From: an uncultured virus (IMG/VR IMGVR_UViG_3300011471_000001)
Lineage: Duplodnaviria > Heunggongvirae > Uroviricota > Caudoviricetes
Virus record (IMG/VR): IMGVR_UViG_3300011471_000001
Coordinates: 62,001 to 90,527 of that record
Reading direction: 5' to 3' (one strand)
DNA length: 28,527 bases
The notes under the pieces are model-generated. The model was not told where the DNA came from. It saw nothing but the letters and a program-made list of their open reading frames with translations, and ran no database searches. Below, in pieces: positions 20,000 through 27,418 of this stretch; position 1 is the first letter of the stretch; every line of letters starts with the position of its first letter. The translations under genes were made by a program, and so were the position numbers.

Positions 20000-20023
20000 A
20001 CTGTAAGCGGTTTGTACTTTGCG
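20000..20023 (-). promoter_or_regulatory. Putative late promoter for the mat-26-25-7-24-6-5 operon
   Basis: Minus strand CGCAAAGTACAAAC-CGCT-TACAGT. Confidence 0.75.
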
Positions 20024-20055
20024 TAGTTACGGGTCAAGCGAAAAATAAAAATAAA

Positions 20056-20715
20056 TTACTGGGCCTGTAGTAAATGCGTTATGCCCGCAAGCGCATAGGC
20101 TTTGATCATTAATTCCTGTTCAGTGCCATTGTGTCGGGAGAACTCAGCCTTACCGCCGGTATTGCCGTCCGCATGTACTGGCACCAGCCAGGGGAAATCT
20201 GCGCGGATCGTTGCCGGTGCAGCGTGCTGGTGGTGAGGATCACAAAGGGGGAGTTGCAGGAAGTGTGCGCCGGTTTTCGTCCGGCCCTCGATGTGATGCA
20301 GGCTGATTAGCGGCGATTCTTTTCCATGCTGTAGACAGGCAATGCAGGGCAGTTTCCCCAGTGCATCCATTACTACGCGCTCGGCTGCGGTCGGCGGGCG
20401 CCCTTTAAGGCCTCTGCCTGACGCGCTGGCGCGTGTTTGCCGTTTCTCGGCTACAGGTGCTGGCTTTTTCTCTTTCAGGCGCTCAGAGGCGCTTACAGCG
20501 CGTTTCACTGCTTTAGCTCTTTGCTCTGCGATCCATTCAGGGGAATTACGCTTTTCAATCTGCCTGGCAATCATCCTGCTGCTGCTGGCCTTCTGCTTTG
20601 CATACTGCTGCTGCCGATACTCCGGGTCTGCCAGTTTTGCTGCGTGTTTTTCACGCTGACGCTGCTGTGCTTTGGCCTGCTTATCCCGTGCGGCCTGAAA
20701 ATCTGCCTTTTTCAT
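20056..20715 (-). CDS. ref: Ref, RecA-dependent HNH nuclease (recombination enhancement function)
   Basis: Basic N-terminus, LPCIAC..HG, LHHIEGRT..AH..LPLC..HHQ. Confidence 0.9.
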   Translation of the reverse strand: MKKADFQAARDKQAKAQQRQREKHAAKLADPEYRQQQYAKQKASSSRMIARQIEKRNSPEWIAEQRAKAVKRAVSASERLKEKKPAPVAEKRQTRASASGRGLKGRPPTAAERVVMDALGKLPCIACLQHGKESPLISLHHIEGRTKTGAHFLQLPLCDPHHQHAAPATIRADFPWLVPVHADGNTGGKAEFSRHNGTEQELMIKAYALAGITHLLQAQ

Positions 20716-20724
20716 GATTTAACC

Positions 20725-20749
20725 AAATCTAAATTATTTTTTAGATTGT
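20725..20749. promoter_or_regulatory. Putative repressor operator upstream of ref
   Basis: AAATCTAAATTATTTTTTAGATTGT with TCTAAA-N6-TTTAGA core. Confidence 0.55.
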
Positions 20750-20898
20750 TGATCACCTTTGCCGCGCTGTAAAGCAATATGGAATTGACCACTGGAGAAA
20801 TCGAAAACCCGAAAAATATATAACATACGTGTTGTTTTTATTAACGTGTGTGTTAATATTCTTTTCGTGGCGCACAGCCACAGAAAGCAAGGAGCGAA

Positions 20899-21081
20899 AT
20901 GAAGTACAGCGAGTTTCGCAGGTGGTTACTCAGCATGGGGGTAGAGTTAACGAAATCCCCTGGTGGAAGCAGCCACTTTAAAGCGAGTTACAATGGCCGT
21001 ATAAGCATTGTTCCTTTCCACGGGGCGAAGGAGATAGCTGAGCCTCTACGGAAGAAAATAATTAAGGATTTGGGGCTTTAG
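20899..21081 (+). CDS. hicA: HicA mRNA interferase toxin
   Basis: 60 aa MKYSEFRRWL...GSSHFK...VPFHGAKEI...IIKDLGL. Confidence 0.93.
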   Translation: MKYSEFRRWLLSMGVELTKSPGGSSHFKASYNGRISIVPFHGAKEIAEPLRKKIIKDLGL

Positions 21082-21117
21082 GCCCCACCTTTTTCGTATC
21101 TGCTGCAGGAGAAAACC

Positions 21118-21567
21118 ATGTTTGTATACCCGGTACAGTTGGAGCACGACAAACCAACCGGCTCTTATGTTGTTTCATGTCGTGATCTGCCATTACTGAA
21201 CTCAGTAGGCGACACGGTGGAGGATGCGCTGCTAAACGCGGCTGAAGCTGTTGTTCTGGCAATCTCTATCGAAATGGACGAGCGCCGTATGGTGCCGCTG
21301 GCCAGCAAGGCGAAGAAGGGCGAGTATCTGGTAGGCGTACCGGTGCTGGTGGCCATGAAGGCTGTTTTGCACAATTCGATGATCGAGACCGGCACACGAA
21401 AAGCAGACCTGGCGCGCAGTATGAACTTGAAAGGCCCGCAGGTTGACCGGCTGCTCGATGTGCATCATCCCTCAAAGGTGGAATCTGTCGAGCATGCTAT
21501 CCACCAGCTCGGACGTACAGTAAGGCTGGGGCCGGTTGAGGCTTTTGCTCCAAATAAGCCCGTATGA
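21118..21567 (+). CDS. hicB: HicB antitoxin with C-terminal HTH
   Basis: YPV.L....YVVS.RDLP....GDT.EDAL..A; C-terminal RKADLAR..QVDRLLD. Confidence 0.92.
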   Translation: MFVYPVQLEHDKPTGSYVVSCRDLPLLNSVGDTVEDALLNAAEAVVLAISIEMDERRMVPLASKAKKGEYLVGVPVLVAMKAVLHNSMIETGTRKADLARSMNLKGPQVDRLLDVHHPSKVESVEHAIHQLGRTVRLGPVEAFAPNKPV

Positions 21568-21577
21568 CGTTCGGGGA

Positions 21578-21674
21578 TGTGGATAACTGCGCTGCACAAT
21601 CAGTTATCCACTTATCCACCGGATAGATCATATAAATCGATCCTATATAGATCCTATTTAGATCAAACAAGATC
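21578..21674 (+). promoter_or_regulatory. P1 oriR-like origin: DnaA boxes and five GATC repeats
   Basis: TGTGGATAA 21578-21586, TTATCCACT 21604-21612, TTATCCACC 21612-21620; GATC at 21626, 21639, 21650, 21661, 21671. Confidence 0.9.
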
Positions 21675-21722
21675 ACCGTGCCTGTAATCGCATGATTTTA
21701 AATATAAATATTACCTTTAACG

Positions 21723-21823
21723 TTGCTGGTTTCATGGTAACTATTGCTGGTTTCATGGTAATGATTGCTGGTTTCATGGTGAATGTTGTTGGTTTCATGG
21801 TAGGGTGTTGCTGGTTTCATGGT
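21723..21823 (+). repeat. Five origin iterons (incC-like), TTGCTGGTTTCATGGT
   Basis: Copies start at 21723, 21744, 21765, 21786 (one mismatch) and 21808; period 21-22 bp. Confidence 0.95.
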
Positions 21824-21866
21824 AGGACAGCTAATTACCCACATTGACCGATAGAAGGTTCTTTCG

Positions 21867-22748
21867 ATGGAAAACGACGAAGAAATCAAGACGATAGGTG
21901 ATGCTCTGGTGTATAGCTCTGAGCATGAAGCGAAAAGTTATACACTGACACCTACAGCTAACCGGACAGTCCAGCCGATTGCGCTGATGCGTTTAGGGGT
22001 CTTTGTGCCTGCTGTCCGTAATAAACCCCAGCGCGGGAATGCTGTCATTGATGCGTCTGAAGACTTTGGTCAGCTGGAGATAGCTAAAGCTGAGGGCTAC
22101 ACCAATATCATGATTAAGGGCAGTAGGCTCGATATGAGCACTGACTTTAAGACGTGGATCGGTGCTATCCGGGCCTTCAGTAAGTACGGCGCTGATAGCA
22201 ATCGCATTAAGTTGCCGTTCACTGAATTTGCCAAGCTGTGCGGAATATCCGTGGATGATATCAACCAGCGTTCTCGTGACCGATTTTTCAACTCTTTCCT
22301 GAGACTGGCTTCGCTTGTGGTCTCGTTCAAGAACAAAGACGGCAGCAAAGTGACGATAACGCACCTGCTCAACAGTGCGCATTTTGATACTGAGAAAGAT
22401 ATTATCACCCTGGAAGGGGATTCCAGGCTGTGGGAACTCTACGCATTCGATCACAAGGTCCTGCTTCAACTTAAGGCCATACAGGCATTACCGCGTAAAG
22501 AGTCAGCCCAGGCACTTTACGTTTACATCGAGAGCCTGCCAACCGGCTTCCTGCAAGTGTCGTTAGAGCGTCTTCGTGATCGCCTCAACCTCAACTCTAC
22601 TATCAGCACTCAAAACAATGTTGTTCGCAAGGCTATGAAAGAATTGGCAGATATCGGGTATCTGACGTTCACAGAAGTTAAGAAAAATGGCGTGGTTTAT
22701 TTCCAGATCCATTCGCGCAAGCCTGACCTGCTGCCAGGCAAGGAATAG
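21867..22748 (+). CDS. repA: Plasmid replication initiator RepA (P1/IncFIB-like)
   Basis: TVQPIALMRLGVFVP, EGY, RLDMSTDFKTW, KESAQALY.YIESLP; flanked by iterons. Confidence 0.95.
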   Translation: MENDEEIKTIGDALVYSSEHEAKSYTLTPTANRTVQPIALMRLGVFVPAVRNKPQRGNAVIDASEDFGQLEIAKAEGYTNIMIKGSRLDMSTDFKTWIGAIRAFSKYGADSNRIKLPFTEFAKLCGISVDDINQRSRDRFFNSFLRLASLVVSFKNKDGSKVTITHLLNSAHFDTEKDIITLEGDSRLWELYAFDHKVLLQLKAIQALPRKESAQALYVYIESLPTGFLQVSLERLRDRLNLNSTISTQNNVVRKAMKELADIGYLTFTEVKKNGVVYFQIHSRKPDLLPGKE

Positions 22749-22751
22749 CCA

Positions 22752-23307
22752 TTGCTGATTTCATGGCGGTCATTGCTGGTTTCATGGCAATGTTGCTGGA
22801 ATACCGGCGATTAATGCTGGTGGCTTAGCTTTTTAGAGTGTTTTTTGCTCATTCAGCGCATTTACCATGAAACCAGCAATGATTTCTGTGATTGAAGCGG
22901 CGGATCACCATGAAACCAGCAACGCAGGGCCTTCAAATCATCATCACCTCCATGAAACCAGCAACCGCACTTCTGCAGCCATGCCGGAACCATGAAACCA
23001 GCAATGCCAGACCATAGGCGGCATAAACAGCCGTTAAGCGTAGGCGTCAGTTTGTAAAAAGCAGAAAAGGCTTCACCAGTACATCTGCGTACCTTGAGGC
23101 CCTATGTTTGGAGAATGTTGCTGGTTTCATGTTTCACATTGCTGGTTTCATGGCAGAAACCCTCGCTGTGGCAAAAATGAGCAGTATCTGTATTAATAGC
23201 GGCCAATGACCATGAACCGAACAATGCTGTCTCAATAACGAATGTTCGCGCCATGAAACCAGCAACCATTTCTGTGCTAAATCGGCGGTTCACCATGAAA
23301 CCAGAAA
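22752..23307. repeat. Downstream copy-control iteron cluster (incA-like)
   Basis: Forward copies at 22752, 22773, 23118, 23139; reverse copies at 22865, 22908, 22950, 22990, 23251, 23293; degenerate copies near 22793 and 23210. Confidence 0.92.
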
Positions 23308-23369
23308 TGCTCAGCTGCAGGTGGCAAACTATGTTAAAAATAAAAAAACGACATGAAGGAGTAAAGGGT

Positions 23370-24101
23370 TTGGATGTTGAAAAGTTACTCGCAGGTCTCA
23401 CGCTCCCATCACAATTTCAACATCATGATGTGAGCCTCACGTTTGATATCATTGCATCACTCAATGCTCAAACTGATGACTCTGTTGAAGCAAGCATAGA
23501 AAAATATCGCTTAGAAGGTCCAGAGGTAGAAGAGCATGAAATTTCTGCAGAGGATAATGCTTATTACTATATGGAATACTATCAGGGGTTAGATAGCAGC
23601 TCTGTTGATTTAGACGATATGTTCACATCGTACTATCCAAGTGTTATCCGACGCTCTGTCTTTTTGACATTGTACGCCATGCTTGAGCACGATTACGAAA
23701 AGTTATGCAACGGATTTGCTAAGAGGCATGAGGAGTCAGTCAAGCTGTCAGATCTCAAACATAGCGGCTTTGAACGTTGCGACCTCTATGCCAAAAAAGT
23801 CATTGGCATGCCTACTTCACCACATTATGCGATGGTCAAGAAAGTGACCAAGCTAAGAAATGCTTGCGCGCATAATGATGCTCGGTTTGTAGAAAATGAT
23901 GATAGACCTATTAGTGAACTTGAGGATCTGATGCGTACTTTTCCCGATTTATTGGTTAAAGATGGAAAGCAGATTAACTTCAAGGCCGGATCTCTTCAGG
24001 CAATGACTAGCATTTTAAAAAAATATTTTAATGATGTTGAAGAAGCCTTAAAAGTAAAAGCACATCAATTACCAAACCCGTTTTATAAATTTCGCGAATG
24101 A
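23370..24101 (+). CDS. HEPN-motif protein (putative RNase)
   Basis: Start set at TTG 23370 (RBS AAGGAG) because the track's N-terminus is translated iterons; LRNACAH is an R-x4-H HEPN motif; AT-richer than flanks. Confidence 0.72.
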   Translation: MDVEKLLAGLTLPSQFQHHDVSLTFDIIASLNAQTDDSVEASIEKYRLEGPEVEEHEISAEDNAYYYMEYYQGLDSSSVDLDDMFTSYYPSVIRRSVFLTLYAMLEHDYEKLCNGFAKRHEESVKLSDLKHSGFERCDLYAKKVIGMPTSPHYAMVKKVTKLRNACAHNDARFVENDDRPISELEDLMRTFPDLLVKDGKQINFKAGSLQAMTSILKKYFNDVEEALKVKAHQLPNPFYKFRE

Positions 24102-24124
24102 AAAAAGCCGCCCGTAGGCGGCTT
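24101..24124 (-). terminator. Rho-independent terminator for a leftward transcript
   Basis: Plus strand AAAAAAGCCGCC-CGTA-GGCGGCTT; the U tract is on the minus strand, just after the stop of the 43-aa ORF. Confidence 0.8.
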
Positions 24125-24127
24125 GAA

Positions 24128-24259
24128 TCACTTGTAATGGATTATGGTTACAGGTGCATTGAGAATGGCATTAAATTGCCATCCACTCTCAGCACCCTGT
24201 GTATTCCACAATGCCAAAAACAAGGTTACGGCTACGCCGTAAATCTCGCTCTTACTCAT
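24128..24259 (-). CDS. Small hydrophobic peptide, candidate type I toxin (43 aa)
   Basis: MSKSEIYGVAVTLFLALWNTQGAESGWQFNAILNAPVTIIHYK; below the ORF-track cutoff; GGA SD inside the hairpin GGTTC-AACG-GAACC; terminator follows the stop. Confidence 0.68.
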   Translation of the reverse strand: MSKSEIYGVAVTLFLALWNTQGAESGWQFNAILNAPVTIIHYK

Positions 24260-24581
24260 TTAATGGTTCCGTTGAACCGCTGGCCTTCGGCTGGCCACAT
24301 GCGCATTAGAGAAGGCTAACGCAGATGCTTGCGGGTGAGAATTAAGGTAACTCTGACGCCGAAAATGGGCTGAGAATCCCGTCTACCTATGTGCTTGGTG
24401 CTGTTTAAGCATTCCACCGACAGCTTGGTCTTTGCAAACGTTTTTTTTCAAAAAAGTGATATAAATTTTCCCTCCTTAAATGTTCAATGATATCAATTGA
24501 TTATAATCTTTTAAATTCCTAAAAGCTGGTCGCGCTAGTGCTTGACACTGTAGGTTGGGTGGTGTTAGTAGAGCCTTGCTC

Positions 24582-24609
24582 TTGAAACGGAAGCAACAAA
24601 CCGTATACT
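24582..24609 (+). promoter_or_regulatory. Sigma70 promoter of the candidate sRNA
   Basis: TTGAAA-16 bp-TATACT; predicted +1 near G24616. Confidence 0.7.
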
Positions 24610-24615
24610 GGCTTT

Positions 24616-24752
24616 GAAGGCTAACGCAGATGTTTTCGTAGATCACATCCTTGCTGCCAGCGAAAATTGCCTAAGAACAATTTTTGCATTCTGGATAAAC
24701 GCCTGAGAACGCTTATTCAGATTCAATCAAACCGCCTCCGGGCGGTTTTTTT
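24616..24752 (+). ncRNA. Candidate antisense sRNA (type I antitoxin-like), about 137 nt
   Basis: Bounded by a promoter and a terminator; first 17 nt complementary to the minus-strand leader at 24311-24327; two internal hairpins. Confidence 0.7.
24729..24752 (+). terminator. Rho-independent terminator of the sRNA
   Basis: AAACCGCC-TCCG-GGCGGTTTTTTT. Confidence 0.88.
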
Positions 24753-25024
24753 GTGTCTGAAATCAGGATACAACGTAGAAGATCGTAAAATCTTGCCCTT
24801 TTCATCAGTCAATTAAATTGTATTTTTTCCAGCGACAATGATTGGCACGGGTGCAACAAATCAGGCCCAATACCTATCAGCTGCTCATTAGGCGGGCAGT
24901 ATAACACGCTCTGTTTTGTGAATTGGCGCGCAATTGTAAACGCGGATACCGTGCCAGTATTTATGCTCTACATGTGTAAAAACCATCCATATTTGCTGCA
25001 CACTGTGATCCAAGCCACCAGCAT

Positions 25025-25046
25025 AAAAAAAACCGCTTCGCAGCGG
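25025..25046 (-). terminator. Terminator of the minus-strand ORF 25058-25273
   Basis: A8 run followed by CCGCT-TCGC-AGCGG on the plus strand. Confidence 0.7.
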
Positions 25047-25057
25047 CCTTTAGTCGT

Positions 25058-25273
25058 TCAAATGTTATTTTTTAGTAAAGCATAAAGCATTGCTCTGCTG
25101 TCAATCGTGTTCCCATTCAGGTCTTTGCACACCCAGTTTTTACGCTGAAACGTGATGTAGCAGTCGATGCGGTTGATGCGCAGCGGTTCGGTTCTGCCTG
25201 CTTCTACAAACCCTTTTGCCTTCCAGATGCCGCGCATCTTATCCAGTTCGATCTGCTTCAAGCCTAAATTCAT
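25058..25273 (-). CDS. Small hypothetical protein divergent from umuD
   Basis: 71 aa ORF with its own terminator. Confidence 0.6.
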   Translation of the reverse strand: MNLGLKQIELDKMRGIWKAKGFVEAGRTEPLRINRIDCYITFQRKNWVCKDLNGNTIDSRAMLYALLKNNI

Positions 25274-25355
25274 AGTGATTAAATTCTTAAAATTTTAGAA
25301 TATACTTATTCTTATATGAAATCGCCCACTGGTCAATTCCATATCCTTAATCTTA

Positions 25356-25375
25356 TACTGTATTTTTATACAGTT
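25356..25375. promoter_or_regulatory. LexA (SOS) box
   Basis: TACTGTATTTTTATACAGTT (CTG-N10-CAG) just upstream of the umuD RBS. Confidence 0.92.
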
Positions 25376-25385
25376 AAAAGGAGGG

Positions 25386-25832
25386 GTGATTATGCGCTTA
25401 GAGATAATAGCAATACCTGACGAAGCCGCGCCCAGACAGGCTTTCAGGCAGTTTATTGAAACGGTAGCAGCGGGTTTTCCGTCTCCTGCCATCGGATACG
25501 AAGACACTCCACTGGACCTGAACGAGTATTGCGTCAGGGCCAAAACGGCCACTTATTTTGTGCGCTGCGAGGGTGAGTCGATGGTCGGGGCCGGTATTTT
25601 TGACGGCGATCTGCTGGTGGTGGATAAATCGAAGGCGGCGGCAGACGGCCAGATCGTGATTGCCTCTGTGGACGGGGAGTTTACGGTAAAAAAGCTGCAG
25701 CTGAGGCCGGTGCCGATGCTGCTGGCCATGAACCCGCGCTATAAGCCGATCCCTGTCGAGCCTGATGGTCTGGAAATATGGGGGGTGGTGACATACGTCA
25801 TCCACCGTACTGACAATGTTCCTGCACAGTGA
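25386..25832 (+). CDS. umuD: DNA polymerase V subunit UmuD (start may be ATG 25392)
   Basis: AAGFPSPA cleavage site, GESM, EFTVKKL. Confidence 0.95.
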   Translation: MIMRLEIIAIPDEAAPRQAFRQFIETVAAGFPSPAIGYEDTPLDLNEYCVRAKTATYFVRCEGESMVGAGIFDGDLLVVDKSKAAADGQIVIASVDGEFTVKKLQLRPVPMLLAMNPRYKPIPVEPDGLEIWGVVTYVIHRTDNVPAQ

Positions 25833-27081
25833 CGTCAACGCCTTCTACGTGTCGGCCGAGCTGGCATTCAGGCCGGACCTGTACGGGCGTCCTGTCGTGG
25901 TGGCGACCAACAATGACGGCTGTATTGCGGCGCTGAACCGCGAGGCGAAAAACGTAGGCCTTAAGCGGGGCGATCCGCTGTTTAAAATCCGCGATACCAT
26001 CCGGCGCTACGGCGTGGTGGTGTTCAGCAGCAACTACACGCTGTATGACGCATTCAGTAAGCGTTTCCATACGATAGTGGGCGAGTATGTCCCGAACCTG
26101 GAAGCGTACTCGATCGACGAAGTGTTTGGCTCTCTGGACGGCATGGAAAAGCTGGTGGACTTCCAGACATTCGGAGAAGAGATCCGGCGCACCGTTATCC
26201 AGCACACCACGATGAAGTGTGGCATAGGGATAGCCGAGACGAAGACGCTCTGTAAGGTAGCCACGCACGCAGCAAAGACTTGGCCTAAAACAGGCGGCGT
26301 GGTGGTGCTGACCGACCCGAAACGGCGCGACAAGCTGCTATCACTGCTCGACGTCTCCGAGACGTGGGGTGTCGGCAGAAAGATAGGGGCCAGGCTGCAG
26401 CTGATGAACATCAGGACGATGCTCGACCTGGCCCGCGCTGACACAACCATGATCCGCAAAAACTTCAATGTGATGCTGGAGCGCACCGTGCGGGAGCTGC
26501 GCGGCGAACGCTGCTTCGAGCTCGAAGAGAACCCGCCGACTAAGCAGCAGCTGGTGGTAAGCCGTTCGTTCGGCAAACGCCTCACCAGCCTGGATGAAGT
26601 GAGTAACGCCGTGTGCTTCTTTGCCACCAGCGCCGGTGAAAAGCTGCGGCGTGAAAAGCAGTACTGCCGGAATATCACGGTATTTATCCAGACCAGCAAA
26701 CACGATCCGCGCCGCCCGTATTATTCACGCGGCGCCAGCCATTCGTTTACGACGGCCACACAGGATACCCGCGATCTGATTGATGCCGCCGTGCGCGGCC
26801 TCAGAGCTATCTGGCGGGACGGCTATGAGTATGCGAAGGCCGGAGTGATGCTTGGGGAGTTCTGCGGCTCAGAGCAGCAGCTGAATCTCTTTGACGAGTC
26901 ACCGCCGCGCCCCGGTAGCGATAAGCTGATGGCCGTGATGGACAAGCTGAATAGCTATCAGCGCGGCACACTGTTTATTGCCGGTCAGGGTGTCAATCCG
27001 GCCTACCAGATGAAGCGGGAAATGTTATCTCCGCGCTATCTGACGCGCTGGGAAGAGCTACCCATCGTAAAGATGAAGTAA
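25816..27081 (+). CDS. umuC: DNA polymerase V subunit UmuC
   Basis: DVNAFY, NNDGC, SSNY.LY, YSIDE, SRSFG, LSPRY.TRW.ELP. Confidence 0.96.
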   Translation: MFLHSDVNAFYVSAELAFRPDLYGRPVVVATNNDGCIAALNREAKNVGLKRGDPLFKIRDTIRRYGVVVFSSNYTLYDAFSKRFHTIVGEYVPNLEAYSIDEVFGSLDGMEKLVDFQTFGEEIRRTVIQHTTMKCGIGIAETKTLCKVATHAAKTWPKTGGVVVLTDPKRRDKLLSLLDVSETWGVGRKIGARLQLMNIRTMLDLARADTTMIRKNFNVMLERTVRELRGERCFELEENPPTKQQLVVSRSFGKRLTSLDEVSNAVCFFATSAGEKLRREKQYCRNITVFIQTSKHDPRRPYYSRGASHSFTTATQDTRDLIDAAVRGLRAIWRDGYEYAKAGVMLGEFCGSEQQLNLFDESPPRPGSDKLMAVMDKLNSYQRGTLFIAGQGVNPAYQMKREMLSPRYLTRWEELPIVKMK

Positions 27082-27271
27082 TTTGAGATAAGCACATAAT
27101 TATCAGTAATTTAACTTAAGTGTAATTTCAGAGTTATTAGTGCCACTACTTTTGGTAGTAGCGCTGATCACTTCTTGATCGCTTCTTAGAGTGTGCATAC
27201 AATCAGAAAAAACCGAAAGCGCATAAATTAATGAAATGCGTTAACTTTTTCTGGCTTGGAGTTGTACGGAT

Positions 27272-27418
27272 ATGACTGACACAGCAAACTTTGCTTTTAT
27301 TTTAATGACGCTTTTCTTTGCATTACTGGCGCTGGCAACTATCGCGACCTTGTGCGGATTGCCCGCGATATTGCGCGCGTTTGACGCCTACATAGCTAAA
27401 TCGAATACCCTAAGCTGA
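27272..27418 (+). CDS. Small single-pass membrane protein (48 aa)
   Basis: MTDTANFAFILMTLFFALLALATIATLCGLPAILRAFDAYIAKSNTLS, read by hand; GGAG/GGA upstream; hairpin at about 27460-27488 downstream. Confidence 0.5.
   Translation: MTDTANFAFILMTLFFALLALATIATLCGLPAILRAFDAYIAKSNTLS

Noticed and set aside
19..20772. Many plus-strand ORFs overlapping the structural genes
   Set aside because: Antisense shadows of GC-rich minus-strand genes with no recognisable motifs.
21723..23307. Regularly spaced repeats as a CRISPR array
   Set aside because: Spacers are 5-6 bp in the first cluster, orientations are mixed in the second, the repeats flank repA, and there are no cas genes. They are iterons.
21698..23401. 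ORFs 21698-21889 and 23102-23401, and the N-terminus of 23253-24101
   Set aside because: They are translations of iteron DNA (repeated HETSN or MKPA).
24098..24319. 73-aa plus-strand ORF in the track
   Set aside because: It begins inside a terminator hairpin and is the antisense shadow of the 43-aa minus-strand ORF, which has an SD and a correctly oriented terminator.
24542..24571. TTGACA at 24542 as the main sRNA promoter
   Set aside because: The matching -10 is poor; TTGAAA-16-TATACT fits better and puts +1 at the seed. A minor upstream start is not excluded.
24311..24677. 17-bp repeat pair as a mini-CRISPR or guide array
   Set aside because: Only two copies 305 bp apart with no effector gene; better explained as an sRNA seed and its target.
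27190..27246. Possible Xer/dif-like site (GTGCATACAA, GCGCATAA)
   Set aside because: No XerD arm (TTATG-TAAAT-like) at the required spacing.
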